A DNA stretch of 64,000 nt from an uncultured Thermoleophilia bacterium. GTDB taxonomy: Bacteria > Actinomycetota > Thermoleophilia > UBA2241. Below the pieces are notes generated by a model. It had not been told where the DNA came from, did no database searches, and was given only the letters and a program-made list of their open reading frames with translations. Numbering within the stretch: position 1 is the first letter of the stretch; every line of letters starts with the position of its first letter. The stretch is taken from NCBI GenBank assembly GCA_963702475.1, contig CAVPCT010000003.1, forward strand, positions 288,001 through 352,000. Reading direction: 5' to 3'. Shown one piece after another: positions 1 to 10,053 of this stretch. A program made the translations under genes and the position numbers.

Positions 1-132
1 CACATCAGCGCGGCCTATATCGCCTGGTGTGACGAGACCATCGCGACGCTGGAGCGCCTGCCGGCGGGGCCGCGGGCGGGTGCTGAGACCTGGACTCCGA
101 CAGATCGTCAGGACCCGGGGGCGAGCGAATGA
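1..132 (+). CDS. 3' end of PadR-family transcriptional regulator (partial)
   Basis: Frame 1 reads HISAAYIAWCDETIATLERL..., resembling the PadR C-terminal helix; TGA at 130-132 overlaps the ATG at 129. Confidence 0.55.
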   Translation, partial: HISAAYIAWCDETIATLERLPAGPRAGAETWTPTDRQDPGASE

Positions 133-770
133 CCACTGACACCACCCGCAAGGCCCTGATCCTGGACGGGCGCCGCGACGACGAGCCGACCCTGGCGCTG
201 GCGCACGATGCGCTGGTCGACGGCCTGGTCGCAGGCGGCTGGGCCGTCGACGACTGGACCCTGCGCGACGACAGGATCGCCTGGTGCGCGGGGTGCTTCA
301 GGTGCTGGACGCAGACGCCGGGCGTGTGTGCGCATCACGACCACGGTCGCACGGTGGCCGAGCGCTGGACGCACAGCGATCTCGTCGTCTTCCTCACGCC
401 GGTGACGTTCGGCGGCTACTCGTCCGACCTCAAGAAGGCGCTCGACCACGTGATCCCGATCGTGCAGCCGTTCATGCAGAAGCGGCATGGGGAGACGCGC
501 CACCCGCAGCGCTACGCGCGCCGGCGCGACCTGCTCGCGTTCGGCACCGTCCCCGGGGGTGAGGCCGGCGGTGCCGAAGCGCAGACGTTCCGCCGGCTGG
601 TCGAGCGCAACACCCTGAACATGCAGCCGTCGCGCTGGAGGGCGGGTGTGCTTGAGGAGGGCGCCGGCGAGTGGGAGGTCCGCGTGGCGGTCACCGCCAT
701 GCTCGCCGCCGTGGGCGTGGATGGGGAGCGCGCCGCACAGGGCGCCGGCCGGGAGAAGGTGGTCGTATGA
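129..770 (+). CDS. Flavodoxin-like / NADPH-dependent FMN reductase family protein
   Basis: CAGCFRCWTQTPGVC Cys motif and VFLTPVTFGGYSSDLKKALD. Confidence 0.8.
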   Translation: MTTDTTRKALILDGRRDDEPTLALAHDALVDGLVAGGWAVDDWTLRDDRIAWCAGCFRCWTQTPGVCAHHDHGRTVAERWTHSDLVVFLTPVTFGGYSSDLKKALDHVIPIVQPFMQKRHGETRHPQRYARRRDLLAFGTVPGGEAGGAEAQTFRRLVERNTLNMQPSRWRAGVLEEGAGEWEVRVAVTAMLAAVGVDGERAAQGAGREKVVV

Positions 771-1460
771 AGCCTCCGAAGCAGGCGCTGCTGCTGGTCG
801 GCAGCCCCAAGCCGGGCGAGAGCACCTCGGAGTCGCTCGGCGCCTACCTGTTCGACGATCTCGAGAAGCGTGGCGTCAAGACGCAGACCCTGCACGTCAC
901 CAAGGCGGTGCGCAGCGACGAGTCGATCGCGGGAGTTGCACACGGCCGTCGCCGCGGCCGACCTGGTCGTCCTCTCGTTCCCGCTGTACGTGGACAGCCT
1001 TCCTGCGCCGGCGATCCGCGCGCTCGAGCTCATCGCTTCGGAGCGCGCCGGCGAGGCGGTCGCGCGCGAGGCGGGCCCGGACGGCAAGGCGTTCGTCACC
1101 ATCTGCCAGTCGGGCTTCCCGGAGGTAGAGCATAACGAGGTCGCCGTCGAGATCTGCCGGCACTTCGCGCAGGACGCCGGGTTCGAGTGGGCCGGCGGCC
1201 TCATCCTGCCCGCGGGCGGCATGCTCAACGGCCAGCCGCTGGCCAAGATGAAGGGCATGATGCGTACCGCGGTCAAGGCGCTCGACCGCAGCGCCGAGGC
1301 GCTGGCGGCCGGGCAACCGGTGCCCGACGAGGCGGTCCGGCTCATGGCCAAGCTGCCGATCCCCGCGTTCGGCTACCGCTTCATGGCCAACTGGGGCTGG
1401 CGCTCGCAGTTCAGGAAGCGGGGAGAGGGCGAGTCGCTGAAGGCGGCGCCGTTCGCCTAG
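767..1460 (+). CDS. Second flavodoxin-like protein, frameshifted near 930
   Basis: ATG at 767 overlaps the upstream stop; LLLVGSPKPGESTS in one frame continues as ADLVVLSFPLYVDSLPA...QSGFPE in another. Confidence 0.75.
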
Positions 1461-2990
1461 GACGCCGGCGCGGCCTGCGGCGCGGCACGGGCGGCGGGGT
1501 CCTCCCGCCGCTCGTGCCGCCCTTTCGTGTGCCCGCCGCCGAGCAGCGCCTCCAGGAGCGGCAGGAAGTGGTGCACCTTGCCACTGCGGATGGCCCGGTC
1601 CCAGACCGGCTCCAGCTTCTTCCATCCGGCCGTGTACGCGAGGTGGCGGGCGTGCTCGCGGAGGTCGCCGTGAGAGAAGGCGGCCGCGGCGATGTTGCTC
1701 CAGCCGTAGAACTCGTCGTACGCCCGGCGGTGCCCGGCCTCGAGCTCGGCGGCAGTCATCCGCGCGGGGCGGAACACGGCGTGGCGGGTGTCGTAACGGT
1801 CCCAGTCCCGGGTGGTGACGCGTCCCTCGGCGGTGAGACGCCGCTCCAGCGTCGTCCCCGGGTACGGGGTGAGGATGTGGAACGTGGCGGTCTGGAGGCC
1901 GCGCGTGACCGCCCACTCCACGGTGCGTGGGAACACCGATGCGTCGTCGGCGTCCATGCCGAACACGAAGGCCCCGTTGACCATCACGCCGAGGTCGTGC
2001 AGGCGGCGCACGGCGGCGTCGTACTGCGGGGCGCCGTAGATGCTGGCGCCGGCGAAGCCGTCGCCGGCCAGGCTGTCACGCCGGTCGGCGCCGGCCAGGT
2101 TCTGCGTCTTGCCGGCGCTCCTCAGGTTCGCCTCGCTCAGCGTCTCGAAGCCGATGAACAGGCTGCGCAAGCCGCTCTCGACCGCCTTCTCCAGCAGGCC
2201 GGGCCGGAGCACGGCCTCCACCGTGCCGGCCGCTTGCCAGACGCGTCCCATGCCGCGCATGCCGGCGAACAGACGCCTCTGCGAAGGGCGGGCTCCCGAA
2301 GAGGTTGTCGTCGAGGAAGTAGAGGTGACGTCCGGGCAGGCGGTCGATCTCGGCCAGGGCTTCGTCGACCGCCTGCACATAGAAGGACCTGCCGCCGCGG
2401 AAGAACGCCTCCTTGTAGCAGAAATCGCACAGGTGCGGGCAGCCGCGGCTGACGACGAGCGAGTTGGGGACCAGGTAGTTGCGGCGCTTGATGAGGTCGC
2501 GGCGCGCTGGGGGCAGGCCGGCCAGGGTCCGCCGCGTGGAGACGTAGCGCGGCTTGGGCCGGCCGGCCCGGAAGTCGGCGAGAAAGACCGGCCAGGTGTC
2601 GTCGCCGGGGCCGCAGAACACGCTGTCGGCGTGCTGCGCGGCCTCGTCCGGCAGGCTCGTCGGGTGCAGGCCCCCGAGGCAGACGTAGGCTCCTTTGGCG
2701 CGGTAGTGGTCGGCGTAGCGGTAGGCGCGCCCGGCCGAGGTGATGTATGCCTCGATGACGACGAGGTCCGGCTCGTCGTCCAGACGCAGGGTCTCCACGT
2801 GCTCGTCCTGAAGCTCGATGTCGTCGCCGGGATCGAGGTGGCCCGCCAGGGTGGCCAGGCCGAGCGGGGGGAAGAGCGAGTACTTGATCGAGCGTCGGTG
2901 CTGCCCGTCGACGGCCGTCTTGGCCGGGCTGATGAGCTTGACGCGGAGCGGCCGGCCGGCCGCTCCGTCGGGCCCACGTGCGCCGCTCAC
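1457..2990 (-). CDS. B12-binding domain radical SAM protein, frameshifted near 2280
   Basis: PPLGLATLA, SRGCPHLCDFC (CxxxCxxC), FLDDN, IGFET, ILTPYPGT; GTG start overlaps the TetR stop. Confidence 0.85.
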
Positions 2991-3685
2991 CCGACGAGCC
3001 CCGGCTGGGACGCGAAGTGGGCCACCAGCACGTCCAGGCCGGTCTCGAACTCGCCCGGCCTGTCCCACACCGCCAGGCGCATGCCGACCGTCATCATGCT
3101 CGGGTACTCGGCCCAATGGCCCGCCAGCTGGGCGACGATGTCGGAGGTCTGGACCTCGTCGCCCAGCATGCGGGCGTAGCCGAGCCCGAGCGTGTACGCG
3201 CCGAGCACGTGGTACACGGTGGCTGCCCTGTCGGGCGTGAAGCCGGCAACCAGCAGCGTGCTCATGAGCTGCTCCATCCAGCGCCGGCCGCTGGGCGTGC
3301 GCAGGACGGCGGCGGAGATGAGCGGCAGCGCCCGCGGGTGCGCCTCCGCCAGCGCGTGCAGGCCCATGAACAGCTGCCGCACCCGTCGCTGCCAGTTCGG
3401 GTGCGGCGGCGACACTCCGAGCGCCGCCGCGGCGATCGACTCGCCGACCTCGTCGAGGATCTCCGTCTTGCTCGCGAAGTGATGGTAGAGGCTCATCGGT
3501 TTGACGCCGGCGGTCGCCGCGAGCCGGCGCATGTTGAGCGCCTCCAGCCCGTCCTCGTCGATGATCTCGAGGGCGAGTGCGACGATGCGGTCTCTGGTCA
3601 GCGGCACGCGGCGGGGATGCTGTGACGGTCGGGACGCGGCGCCCGTCTCGGCCGCCGCCGCGGCTTCGGTCTCAGTCATGACCAT
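2987..3685 (-). CDS. TetR-family transcriptional regulator (TetR_C type)
   Basis: LTRDRIVALALEIIDEDGLEALNMRRLA...MSLYHHFASK helix-turn-helix. Confidence 0.9.
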   Translation of the reverse strand: MVMTETEAAAAAETGAASRPSQHPRRVPLTRDRIVALALEIIDEDGLEALNMRRLAATAGVKPMSLYHHFASKTEILDEVGESIAAAALGVSPPHPNWQRRVRQLFMGLHALAEAHPRALPLISAAVLRTPSGRRWMEQLMSTLLVAGFTPDRAATVYHVLGAYTLGLGYARMLGDEVQTSDIVAQLAGHWAEYPSMMTVGMRLAVWDRPGEFETGLDVLVAHFASQPGLVG

Positions 3686-3722
3686 CCCTGCCTCCCCTCA
3701 CGGTCGGGCCTCGAGCGTCGGT

Positions 3723-3776
3723 CCGTACAAAGTACGGTAACGGGGCGGGCGTGGACAGGCAACGTACGCGCGTACG
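3723..3776. promoter_or_regulatory. Two palindromic operators upstream of the TetR gene
   Basis: CCGTAC-aaa-GTACGG (3723-3737) and CGTACGCGCGTACG (3763-3776) share CGTAC half-sites. Confidence 0.6.
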
Positions 3777-3821
3777 GTTTGACGCGGTGCGCCCCGGGAA
3801 GTGGTGCCGCTCGGCGGGACG

Positions 3822-4043
3822 TCAGAGCGCGTCGAACTCGGCAGGCGTGAGTCCCGCGCGTCGCAGGATGCTTCGGAGGGTGCCGACGGCCACTTCCGGG
3901 TGGCTGGGGACGATCACGACGTACTCTCCCTCGGGCGTCGTGCGGCGGAACTACACGTGACTGCCCCGGGTGTCGCCTTCGACGAATCCCGCGGCCAGCA
4001 GCCGTCGCCGTACTTCGCGGTACGGCAGACGTCTAGGCGGCAT
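3822..4043 (-). CDS. hicA: HicA-family toxin with in-frame TAG at codon 31 (pseudogene or readthrough)
   Basis: Manual translation: MPPRRLPYREVRRRLLAAGFVEGDTRGSHV*FRRTTPEGEYVVIVPSHPEVAVGTLRSILRRAGLTPAEFDAL; GSH, VPxH and GTLRSIL motifs; TAG at 3951-3953. Confidence 0.85.
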
Positions 4044-4236
4044 CTATCTGCGCTGTGACCTTGCGTATCCGGGGCGCTGCCGTGGCAGGGCCCTCGAAGT
4101 AGAGCTCCAGTGCCTCCCGGAGGTTCTCCAGCGCCTCTTCTTCTGTTGCGCCCTGGCTGGCTAGGTCCACGTCCAGGCACTGGGCTACAAAGAGATCGTC
4201 CTCGTTCGTCACGACTGCACTGAACTCGCGGGCCAC
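4033..4236 (-). CDS. hicB: HicB-family antitoxin (short form, no DNA-binding domain)
   Basis: FVAQCLDVDLASQGATEEEALENLREALELYFE; GGAGG RBS before the GTG; overlaps the hicA start. Confidence 0.85.
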   Translation of the reverse strand: MAREFSAVVTNEDDLFVAQCLDVDLASQGATEEEALENLREALELYFEGPATAAPRIRKVTAQIDAA

Positions 4237-4346
4237 CGTCAGCCTCCATCGTCGACAGATCGATAGTAGGCGAGGCTTTCGGTCGGCACAAGGTGGACAT
4301 ACGCGGGAGCCGGCATCGACCCGCGCAGCGGACACCGCTGCACTCG

Positions 4347-5171
4347 TCAGCGCCGCCAGCCGGGCGCCGCGCGGCCGGCCCAGCGGCCGTCGCAGCCGCG
4401 ACGCACGGTGACTGCGGCGCCGAAGCAGGCTGAGAGCGGTTCGTCGGCAAGCACCTCGGCGGCTGGCCCGGCGGCCACGACTCGGCCGTCGCGCAGCAGC
4501 AGGGCGTGCGTGCTGGAGGCCGGCAGCTCCTCGAGATGGTGGGTGACGGTGACGACGGCCGGGGCGGGGTGCTCGCCGGCGAGCGCAGCGAGCGCCGCGA
4601 GCAAGGCTTCCCGGCCGGGCAGGTCCAGGCCATCGGCCGGCTCGTCCAGCAGCAGGAGCGGTGGTCGGTGCATCAGGGCACGGGCGAGCAGCACACGTCG
4701 TCGCTCGCCCTGCGAACAGGTGACGAAGGCGTGCTGCGCGACGGCGCCGCAGCCGAAGCTCTCCAGCAGCTCGGCGGCGCGCTCGCGGTCGCCGGGCTCG
4801 ATGCGCTCGGGCAGGAGCTGTATGGTCCCGGTGATGCCGGTGAGCGTGACCTCGAGCGCCGTGCGCCGCGGCGAGAAGGCGTCCTCAGTCCTCACGTCCA
4901 CGTGCCCGATGCGCTCGCGCAGGGCGCGCAGGTCGACCCGGCCTACGGTCTCGCCGAGGATGCGCACGGCGCCGCGGCTGGGGTGCCGGACGCCGGCGGC
5001 GACGTCGAGCAGCGTGGACTTGCCGGCGCCGTTAGGCCCGAGCACCGCCCATTGCTCGCCGTCGTCTACCGACCAGTTGACGTCGGTGAGGATGGGCTGT
5101 CGCGCCCGCAGGCGGGCGTCCCACTCCCAGACGGTGACGTTCTCAAGTGCGAGGGCGGTGCTCACGGTCAC
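4347..5171 (-). CDS. ABC transporter ATP-binding protein (ModF/YlmA-like)
   Basis: GPNGAGKST Walker A, CSQGERRR signature, LLLLDEP Walker B, VTHH. Confidence 0.85.
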   Translation of the reverse strand: MTVSTALALENVTVWEWDARLRARQPILTDVNWSVDDGEQWAVLGPNGAGKSTLLDVAAGVRHPSRGAVRILGETVGRVDLRALRERIGHVDVRTEDAFSPRRTALEVTLTGITGTIQLLPERIEPGDRERAAELLESFGCGAVAQHAFVTCSQGERRRVLLARALMHRPPLLLLDEPADGLDLPGREALLAALAALAGEHPAPAVVTVTHHLEELPASSTHALLLRDGRVVAAGPAAEVLADEPLSACFGAAVTVRRGCDGRWAGRAAPGWRR

Positions 5172-5216
5172 CTCGGCGGTTGACGAGGGGTGGGCCGGCT
5201 CCGCGCGCAGCTCGCG

Positions 5217-6332
5217 TCAGCCGAGCCGTGCGACGCGTTCGCCGCGCACGCTCAGACGCGCCGCGGCGGAGGCCTCGGCGAGCGCCTCCGGTTCTTCGGA
5301 CGTGAGGCCCACGCGGGCGCGCGCGTGCCCCGTCGGTCGCGCGCCCTCTCTGGGCTTGGGCCAGCCGCGCACGGCTTCTTCGACCGCCGCGCGGCCGCCC
5401 GCGGCGAACGCCGCCCCCAGCCGGGCGCACACGTCGGCGTCGGGGCTCGCGGCGGCGAACTCGGCGGCCGCGAGCGCGTAGCCGTTGCCGTTGAAGCACA
5501 GCGAGACGCCGCCCCAGCCCCGCACCGCGTCGAGGGGCGGCGCGTCGGTGATGGAATCGCCGACGTACATCACGCCGTCGCCCTCCACGGCCTCGGCGGC
5601 GACGATCTCCTCGAGCGCGGCGAGCTTCATGCCGCCGCCCACGGGGCGCACGGCGGCCACCAGCTCGCCGCTCACCCGGCCCTGCATGTCGCGCCAGAAG
5701 AGCTCGTCCAGCTGCGCGACCGTCACGGCGTCCACCGCGGACAGATCGTCCGCCGACGCCGCGCCTTCGGGGATCTCGATGACGTCCCGGCTCATCACGC
5801 GCCCCGCCTGCTCGCGCAGCCACGCCTTCTCGTCCTGCGGCACGTCCCACGCGTCCAGGCTCAGCTCCGTGCAGCGGACGTGGTCCATCGCGAACCCGCT
5901 CAGCGCGCACAGGGCCTTGAGGTACGGCGTGTACGACGTCGAGATGATGTACGCGGGCATGAGGTTCCCGATCTGGCCCAGCGCCTTGAGCGCCTCGGGC
6001 ACCAGCAGGACTCCCTCCGCGCTGAACAGCTCCACATCCTCGTCGGTGACCTCGAACGCCTTGAGGAACGGAGGCAGCAGCCGCAGCGTGTCGCCGGCGT
6101 TGTAGCCCGGCTTGTGGAGCACATCGGCGAGGAAGTCGTCGTACCGGCTCAGGCGCGCGAAGATCTCCGCCCCGTCCGGGATGAAGCGCTCGGCGATCTC
6201 CTGGGCGTTGTCGTTGCGGGTGAGCGGGCCTTCGCAGTCGGTGACGTAGACGCGCCGGGACGCGCCGGCTTCGTCGGCCGGGCTGCCGGCGCCGGCCTCG
6301 CTCCCAGCGCCGGTCGCGCCTTCGGCGCTCAC
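5217..6332 (-). CDS. HAD-superfamily hydrolase, EhaR/COG4030-like
   Basis: TDCEGP motif I, ISTSY motif II, GGGMK, YVGDSITD motif IV, FNGNGYA. Confidence 0.75.
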   Translation of the reverse strand: MSAEGATGAGSEAGAGSPADEAGASRRVYVTDCEGPLTRNDNAQEIAERFIPDGAEIFARLSRYDDFLADVLHKPGYNAGDTLRLLPPFLKAFEVTDEDVELFSAEGVLLVPEALKALGQIGNLMPAYIISTSYTPYLKALCALSGFAMDHVRCTELSLDAWDVPQDEKAWLREQAGRVMSRDVIEIPEGAASADDLSAVDAVTVAQLDELFWRDMQGRVSGELVAAVRPVGGGMKLAALEEIVAAEAVEGDGVMYVGDSITDAPPLDAVRGWGGVSLCFNGNGYALAAAEFAAASPDADVCARLGAAFAAGGRAAVEEAVRGWPKPREGARPTGHARARVGLTSEEPEALAEASAAARLSVRGERVARLG

Positions 6333-7138
6333 CGGCGCGCCACCTCGTCTTCGACCAGCTCCGTGAGGTCCATCGGCAGACGGGCCGACTCCGCGAACAC
6401 CCCGCCGCGGGCGGTGTTCAGCTTGCCCTCGGCGAACTGGCGCAAGGTCTGGTACAGCAGCGGGATCTCGCGCACCTCGCCGCGGCGGCGGATCTCGGCG
6501 AACAGCGGTTCGTCCTCACCCTCCGCGTCGGCGATCTCGGCGACGCTCATCGTGCGGCGCTTCACGCGGAACTGCCGCCACAGCGGCTCCCAGTCGTCAC
6601 CTCGCAGGGAGAAGCGGAAGTAGCTGACCACCGGTCCGCGGTCGAGCTCGGCGGTGGCGATGTGGATCATGGCGCCGGTCTCGTCCGCCTCGTCCTCGAG
6701 GAGCCGCCAGATGACCTCCTGCCACGTGCCGGTAGGGCCGCCGGACAGCGCGGGGTGCAGGTTGAGGATGGGATAGCGGCGGCCCATGGGCGGCCCGACG
6801 ATGAGCATGTAGCCGGCCAGCACCAGCACGCCGAGGCGGTGCGGCTTGAGGAGGTCGACCACCGCGCCGTGGTACTCCGTACGCCAGGTGCTGCGGCTCA
6901 CTCCCAGCTTCTGCGCCTCGACCCAGCTCTGCCTGCTCGACAGCGTGACCAGCGGGATGTCGAGGCGTTCGACCAGGTCGAGGAACTGGTCGCTCTCGGG
7001 CGCCTCGCCGCGCTCACGGTCGCTGAACACGGCGCCGATCTCCAGGGGTACGCCGTCCTGCTGGGCGCGGGCGACGACATCGGCCAGCAGGTTGAGCGCC
7101 GCCTGGTCGCGGCCGGTCGAGAGCCAGCCGACTCTCAC
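6329..7138 (-). CDS. purN: Divergent phosphoribosylglycinamide formyltransferase (PurN-like formyltransferase)
   Basis: VLAGYMLIV, ILNLHPAL, ETGAMIH...ELDRGPV; atypical N-terminus GWLSTGRD; GTG start overlaps the upstream stop. Confidence 0.6.
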   Translation of the reverse strand: MRVGWLSTGRDQAALNLLADVVARAQQDGVPLEIGAVFSDRERGEAPESDQFLDLVERLDIPLVTLSSRQSWVEAQKLGVSRSTWRTEYHGAVVDLLKPHRLGVLVLAGYMLIVGPPMGRRYPILNLHPALSGGPTGTWQEVIWRLLEDEADETGAMIHIATAELDRGPVVSYFRFSLRGDDWEPLWRQFRVKRRTMSVAEIADAEGEDEPLFAEIRRRGEVREIPLLYQTLRQFAEGKLNTARGGVFAESARLPMDLTELVEDEVARR

Positions 7139-8143
7139 GGCTCGCTCCAGCCCGCGCCGGCCGCGGCGGCATCGCCGCGCTCCTCGGCGAGGCGCTCCCG
7201 CCACTGCGCGGCATCGGGATAGGTGCTGCGGCCTATGCCGGCGATGCCGCGGCTGGCCGCCCAGGCGGCCAGCCGGCCGGCGCCCTCGAGGCCGACGCCT
7301 TCCATCATGCCGGCCAGGAAGCCGGCCGCGAACAGGTCGCCGGCGCCGGTGACGTCCACGACCTCGGTCGGCAGGGGCGGCACGTACAGGTCGACGCGGC
7401 GGCCGACGAGGCGCGCGCCGCGGCCGCCCATCTTGCTCACCACCAGGCCGACGCCGGCGTTGAGGATGAAATCCAGCGACTCCGGCAGTGAGAGCCCGCA
7501 CAGCATCTCCAGCTCTCTCTCCGTGGCGAAGAGGTAGGCGCAGCGCTGGAGCAGCGGCAGAAAGCGCTTCACGCCCTTGCGCGCGTAGATCTCGCCGGGG
7601 TCGAAGGCGATCTCCACATCGGCCGGCAGCCGCTCGAGCAGCGCCAGCTGCGCCGCGAGCGGCCCGTCGCCGACGAAGCTGGTGAAGTACGCGAAGCGGG
7701 TCCGCGGCAGCCGCTTCGGCAGGTCGGCCGGCGAGAGCTCGTCGTTGGCCGCCGGCCATACGAGATTGCGCCGCTCGCCGTTCTCGTCGAGGAGCACGTA
7801 CACGCGGCCCGTCTCTCCGCCGCGGGCCACGAGCCGCCCTTCGGCCGGGGCCAGCTCCCGCAGGAGGAACGAGCCATCCTCGTCGTCGCCCACCCGGCCG
7901 ATCATCGCCGCCCGGTACCCGAGCCGGGCGATGGCGTTGAGTGGCGTTGGCGGCCTGCCCGCCGCCCGAGCGCGCCGGCTCGACCTGCGCGAGCGCCTCG
8001 TCGACCGCCTTGCGCAGGCCGGCGCCGGCGAGCTGCTCGGTGCCCGGCGGCCCCAGCTCGTCCCACAGCGAGAACGTGCGCGGCAGGCGGTAGATCAGGT
8101 CGAGGTTGAGGGCGCCGCAGCCGATGAGGTCGAGCGGCTTCAC
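7135..8143 (-). CDS. PfkB/ribokinase-family kinase, frameshifted near 7942
   Basis: GCGALNLD, GGGQAAN, IGRVGDD, FDPG, VDVTGAGDLFAAGF; start overlaps the purM stop. Confidence 0.85.
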
Positions 8144-9219
8144 AGGTGCAGCGACCCCTTGTAGCGCACCGCCTCGCCGTCGCCGCGCGGTACGACGCGG
8201 CCGATGACCTGGCCCTCGTGCCCGTGCTCGGCGATGACGCGCAGGTTCTTCTCCACGCGCGCCGGATCCATGACCACGACCATGCCGAGCCCGCAGTTGA
8301 AGGTCCTGAGCAGCTCGTCGTGCCCCACGCCCAGCGAGTGCAGCCACTTGATGACCGGGCCCGTCGACCAGGACTCGAGGTCGAGCGCGGCCGCGAGCCC
8401 TTCGGGCACCGCGCGGCCGAGGTTGTCGGGAAAGCCGCCGCCGGTGATGTGCGCGGCGGCGTGCACGCCGCCGGCGTGGCCGAGGGCGTGGAGCACCGGG
8501 CTGTAGATGGCAGTGGGGATCAGCAGGACGTCGCCCACGGTCGCTGTGGGGCCGCGGTACAGGCAGAAGGCGCCGCCCTCGCTGAGGAACTTGCTGTCGA
8601 GGTCGATGGCGTGCTCCTTGAGCAGGTGTCGCACAAGGCTGAAGCCGTTGGAGTGCAGGCCGCTGGAACAGATGCCGACCAGCGCGTCGCCGTCCTTCAC
8701 GAGATGGGGTCCCCACAGCTCGTCGCGCTCGGCGAGGCCGACGGCGAACCCCGCCATGTCGAAGTCGCCGCCGGGGAACTGCCCGGGGTGCTCGGCGGTC
8801 TCGCCGCCGAGCAGCACGCACTCGGCCTGCAGACAGCCCTGGTCCACGCCCGAGACGATCTCCGCGACCTCCTCGGGCACGACCTTGCCCACCACGAGGT
8901 AGTCGAGGAAGAAGAGGGGTACGGCGCCGCAGGCGGACACGTCGTTGACGCTCATCGCCACGAGGTCGATGCCGATGGTGTCCAGCCGGCCCATGGCGCG
9001 TGCGATCTCGATCTTGGTGCCCACGCCGTCGGTGCCGGCCACGAGGACGGGGTCCTTGAGCCGCGGCAGGCGCATCGCGCCGCCGAAGCCGCCCAGCCCG
9101 CCCAGGACGAACGGGTGCTGCGTGCTCTTGAGGCGCTGCTTGAGCAGGTCCACGGCCCTGTTACCGGCCTCCACGTCGACGCCGGCGTGTTTGTACGTGA
9201 ATCGCTGCTCGTCGCTCAT
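8140..9219 (-). CDS. purM: Phosphoribosylformylglycinamidine cyclo-ligase (AIR synthase)
   Basis: YKHAGVD, GGFGG, TDGVGTK, FFLDY, GGETAEHPG, SSGLHSNGFSL, HITGGG, TFNCGLG. Confidence 0.95.
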   Translation of the reverse strand: MSDEQRFTYKHAGVDVEAGNRAVDLLKQRLKSTQHPFVLGGLGGFGGAMRLPRLKDPVLVAGTDGVGTKIEIARAMGRLDTIGIDLVAMSVNDVSACGAVPLFFLDYLVVGKVVPEEVAEIVSGVDQGCLQAECVLLGGETAEHPGQFPGGDFDMAGFAVGLAERDELWGPHLVKDGDALVGICSSGLHSNGFSLVRHLLKEHAIDLDSKFLSEGGAFCLYRGPTATVGDVLLIPTAIYSPVLHALGHAGGVHAAAHITGGGFPDNLGRAVPEGLAAALDLESWSTGPVIKWLHSLGVGHDELLRTFNCGLGMVVVMDPARVEKNLRVIAEHGHEGQVIGRVVPRGDGEAVRYKGSLHL

Positions 9220-9449
9220 CCAGTCCCCCCTCTTCGCTTCCGGCAAGTCTACGTCGCGGCCCCCGCTGTGGGCCAGCATCCGGCGCGAGGCCGGCAGCCG
9301 GCCTACTTGAAACCCGGCGCCACGTGGCATACCTCCGTAGCGGAAGCGCCGGCACGAAGGCCACCGAGGAGGAAGCGCCTGTCCAGCTATCCGACAGCGT
9401 CCGAGAGAGGAAGAGCCTCGAGGCTCGCCCCCCTGCCCCCCGGCGCGGA

Positions 9450-10024
9450 GCTCGGCATCCTGCGTGCGAGGCCGCGGAGGCTCAACACGTCCGTGGCGGT
9501 GCTCTTCATGATCGGGTCGTTCGGCTTCGTGCTGGGCGCGACGGGCGTCTACGCCGGCGTCGTCTCCTCCACCGCCGACGCCGTCACGGTCTTCATAGCA
9601 TCACTCTTCTTCACGGCGGCATCCTTCCTGCAACTGGTGCAGAGCCAGAGCCCGGACATGGCGCCGGGGGCAGGGGACGACGAGACCTCGGCGCCCGTGC
9701 ACCTGGTCGCCTGACGGCTCGATCCTCTTCATCGTCTCGAGCATCCTCGGCATACTCGCCGTGGGGCGCCTGCTCGCGTGGAAGCCGCGCGACGCGGGGT
9801 GGCGCATCGCCTGGCTCGACATGCTCGGGTCCATCTTCTTCATGGCGTCGGCACTTGCCGCGTACGTGCTGCCCGACGCCACGTCGCCTGTGGACGTCGC
9901 CATCGACGACCGCGGCACCTGGGCCGGCGCCGTCTGCTTCTTCGCCGCCGCCCTCCTGATGCTCCCGGCCTGGACGCGGGCCCGGCGGGAGGCCGAGGGG
10001 TCTTCACCGAACAGCGACGCCTGA
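9450..10024 (+). pseudogene. YrhK-like membrane protein disrupted by an internal deletion/frameshift near 9714
   Basis: LFMIGSFGFVLG...FFTAASFLQL ends at TGA 9712-9714; GSILFIVSS...WLDMLGSIFFMASA continues in another frame; 5' boundary approximate. Confidence 0.55.
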
Positions 10025-10053
10025 GCAACCGAGCGGCGCGGCGAGCCGGCTCG

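Noticed and set aside
1457-1460. Terminal TAG stops (also 4033, 11302, 34667, 48837) as pyrrolysine sites
   Set aside because: They fall at the natural ends of complete domains with no evident homologous continuation.
6329-8821. 830-aa ORF as a kinase-formyltransferase fusion
   Set aside because: It strings together an off-frame part of purM, the pre-frameshift start of the PfkB gene and the separately initiated PurN-like gene.
9712-9714. TGA in the YrhK-like gene as selenocysteine or Trp readthrough
   Set aside because: The homologous sequence resumes in a different frame and a segment appears missing, so this is a deletion junction.
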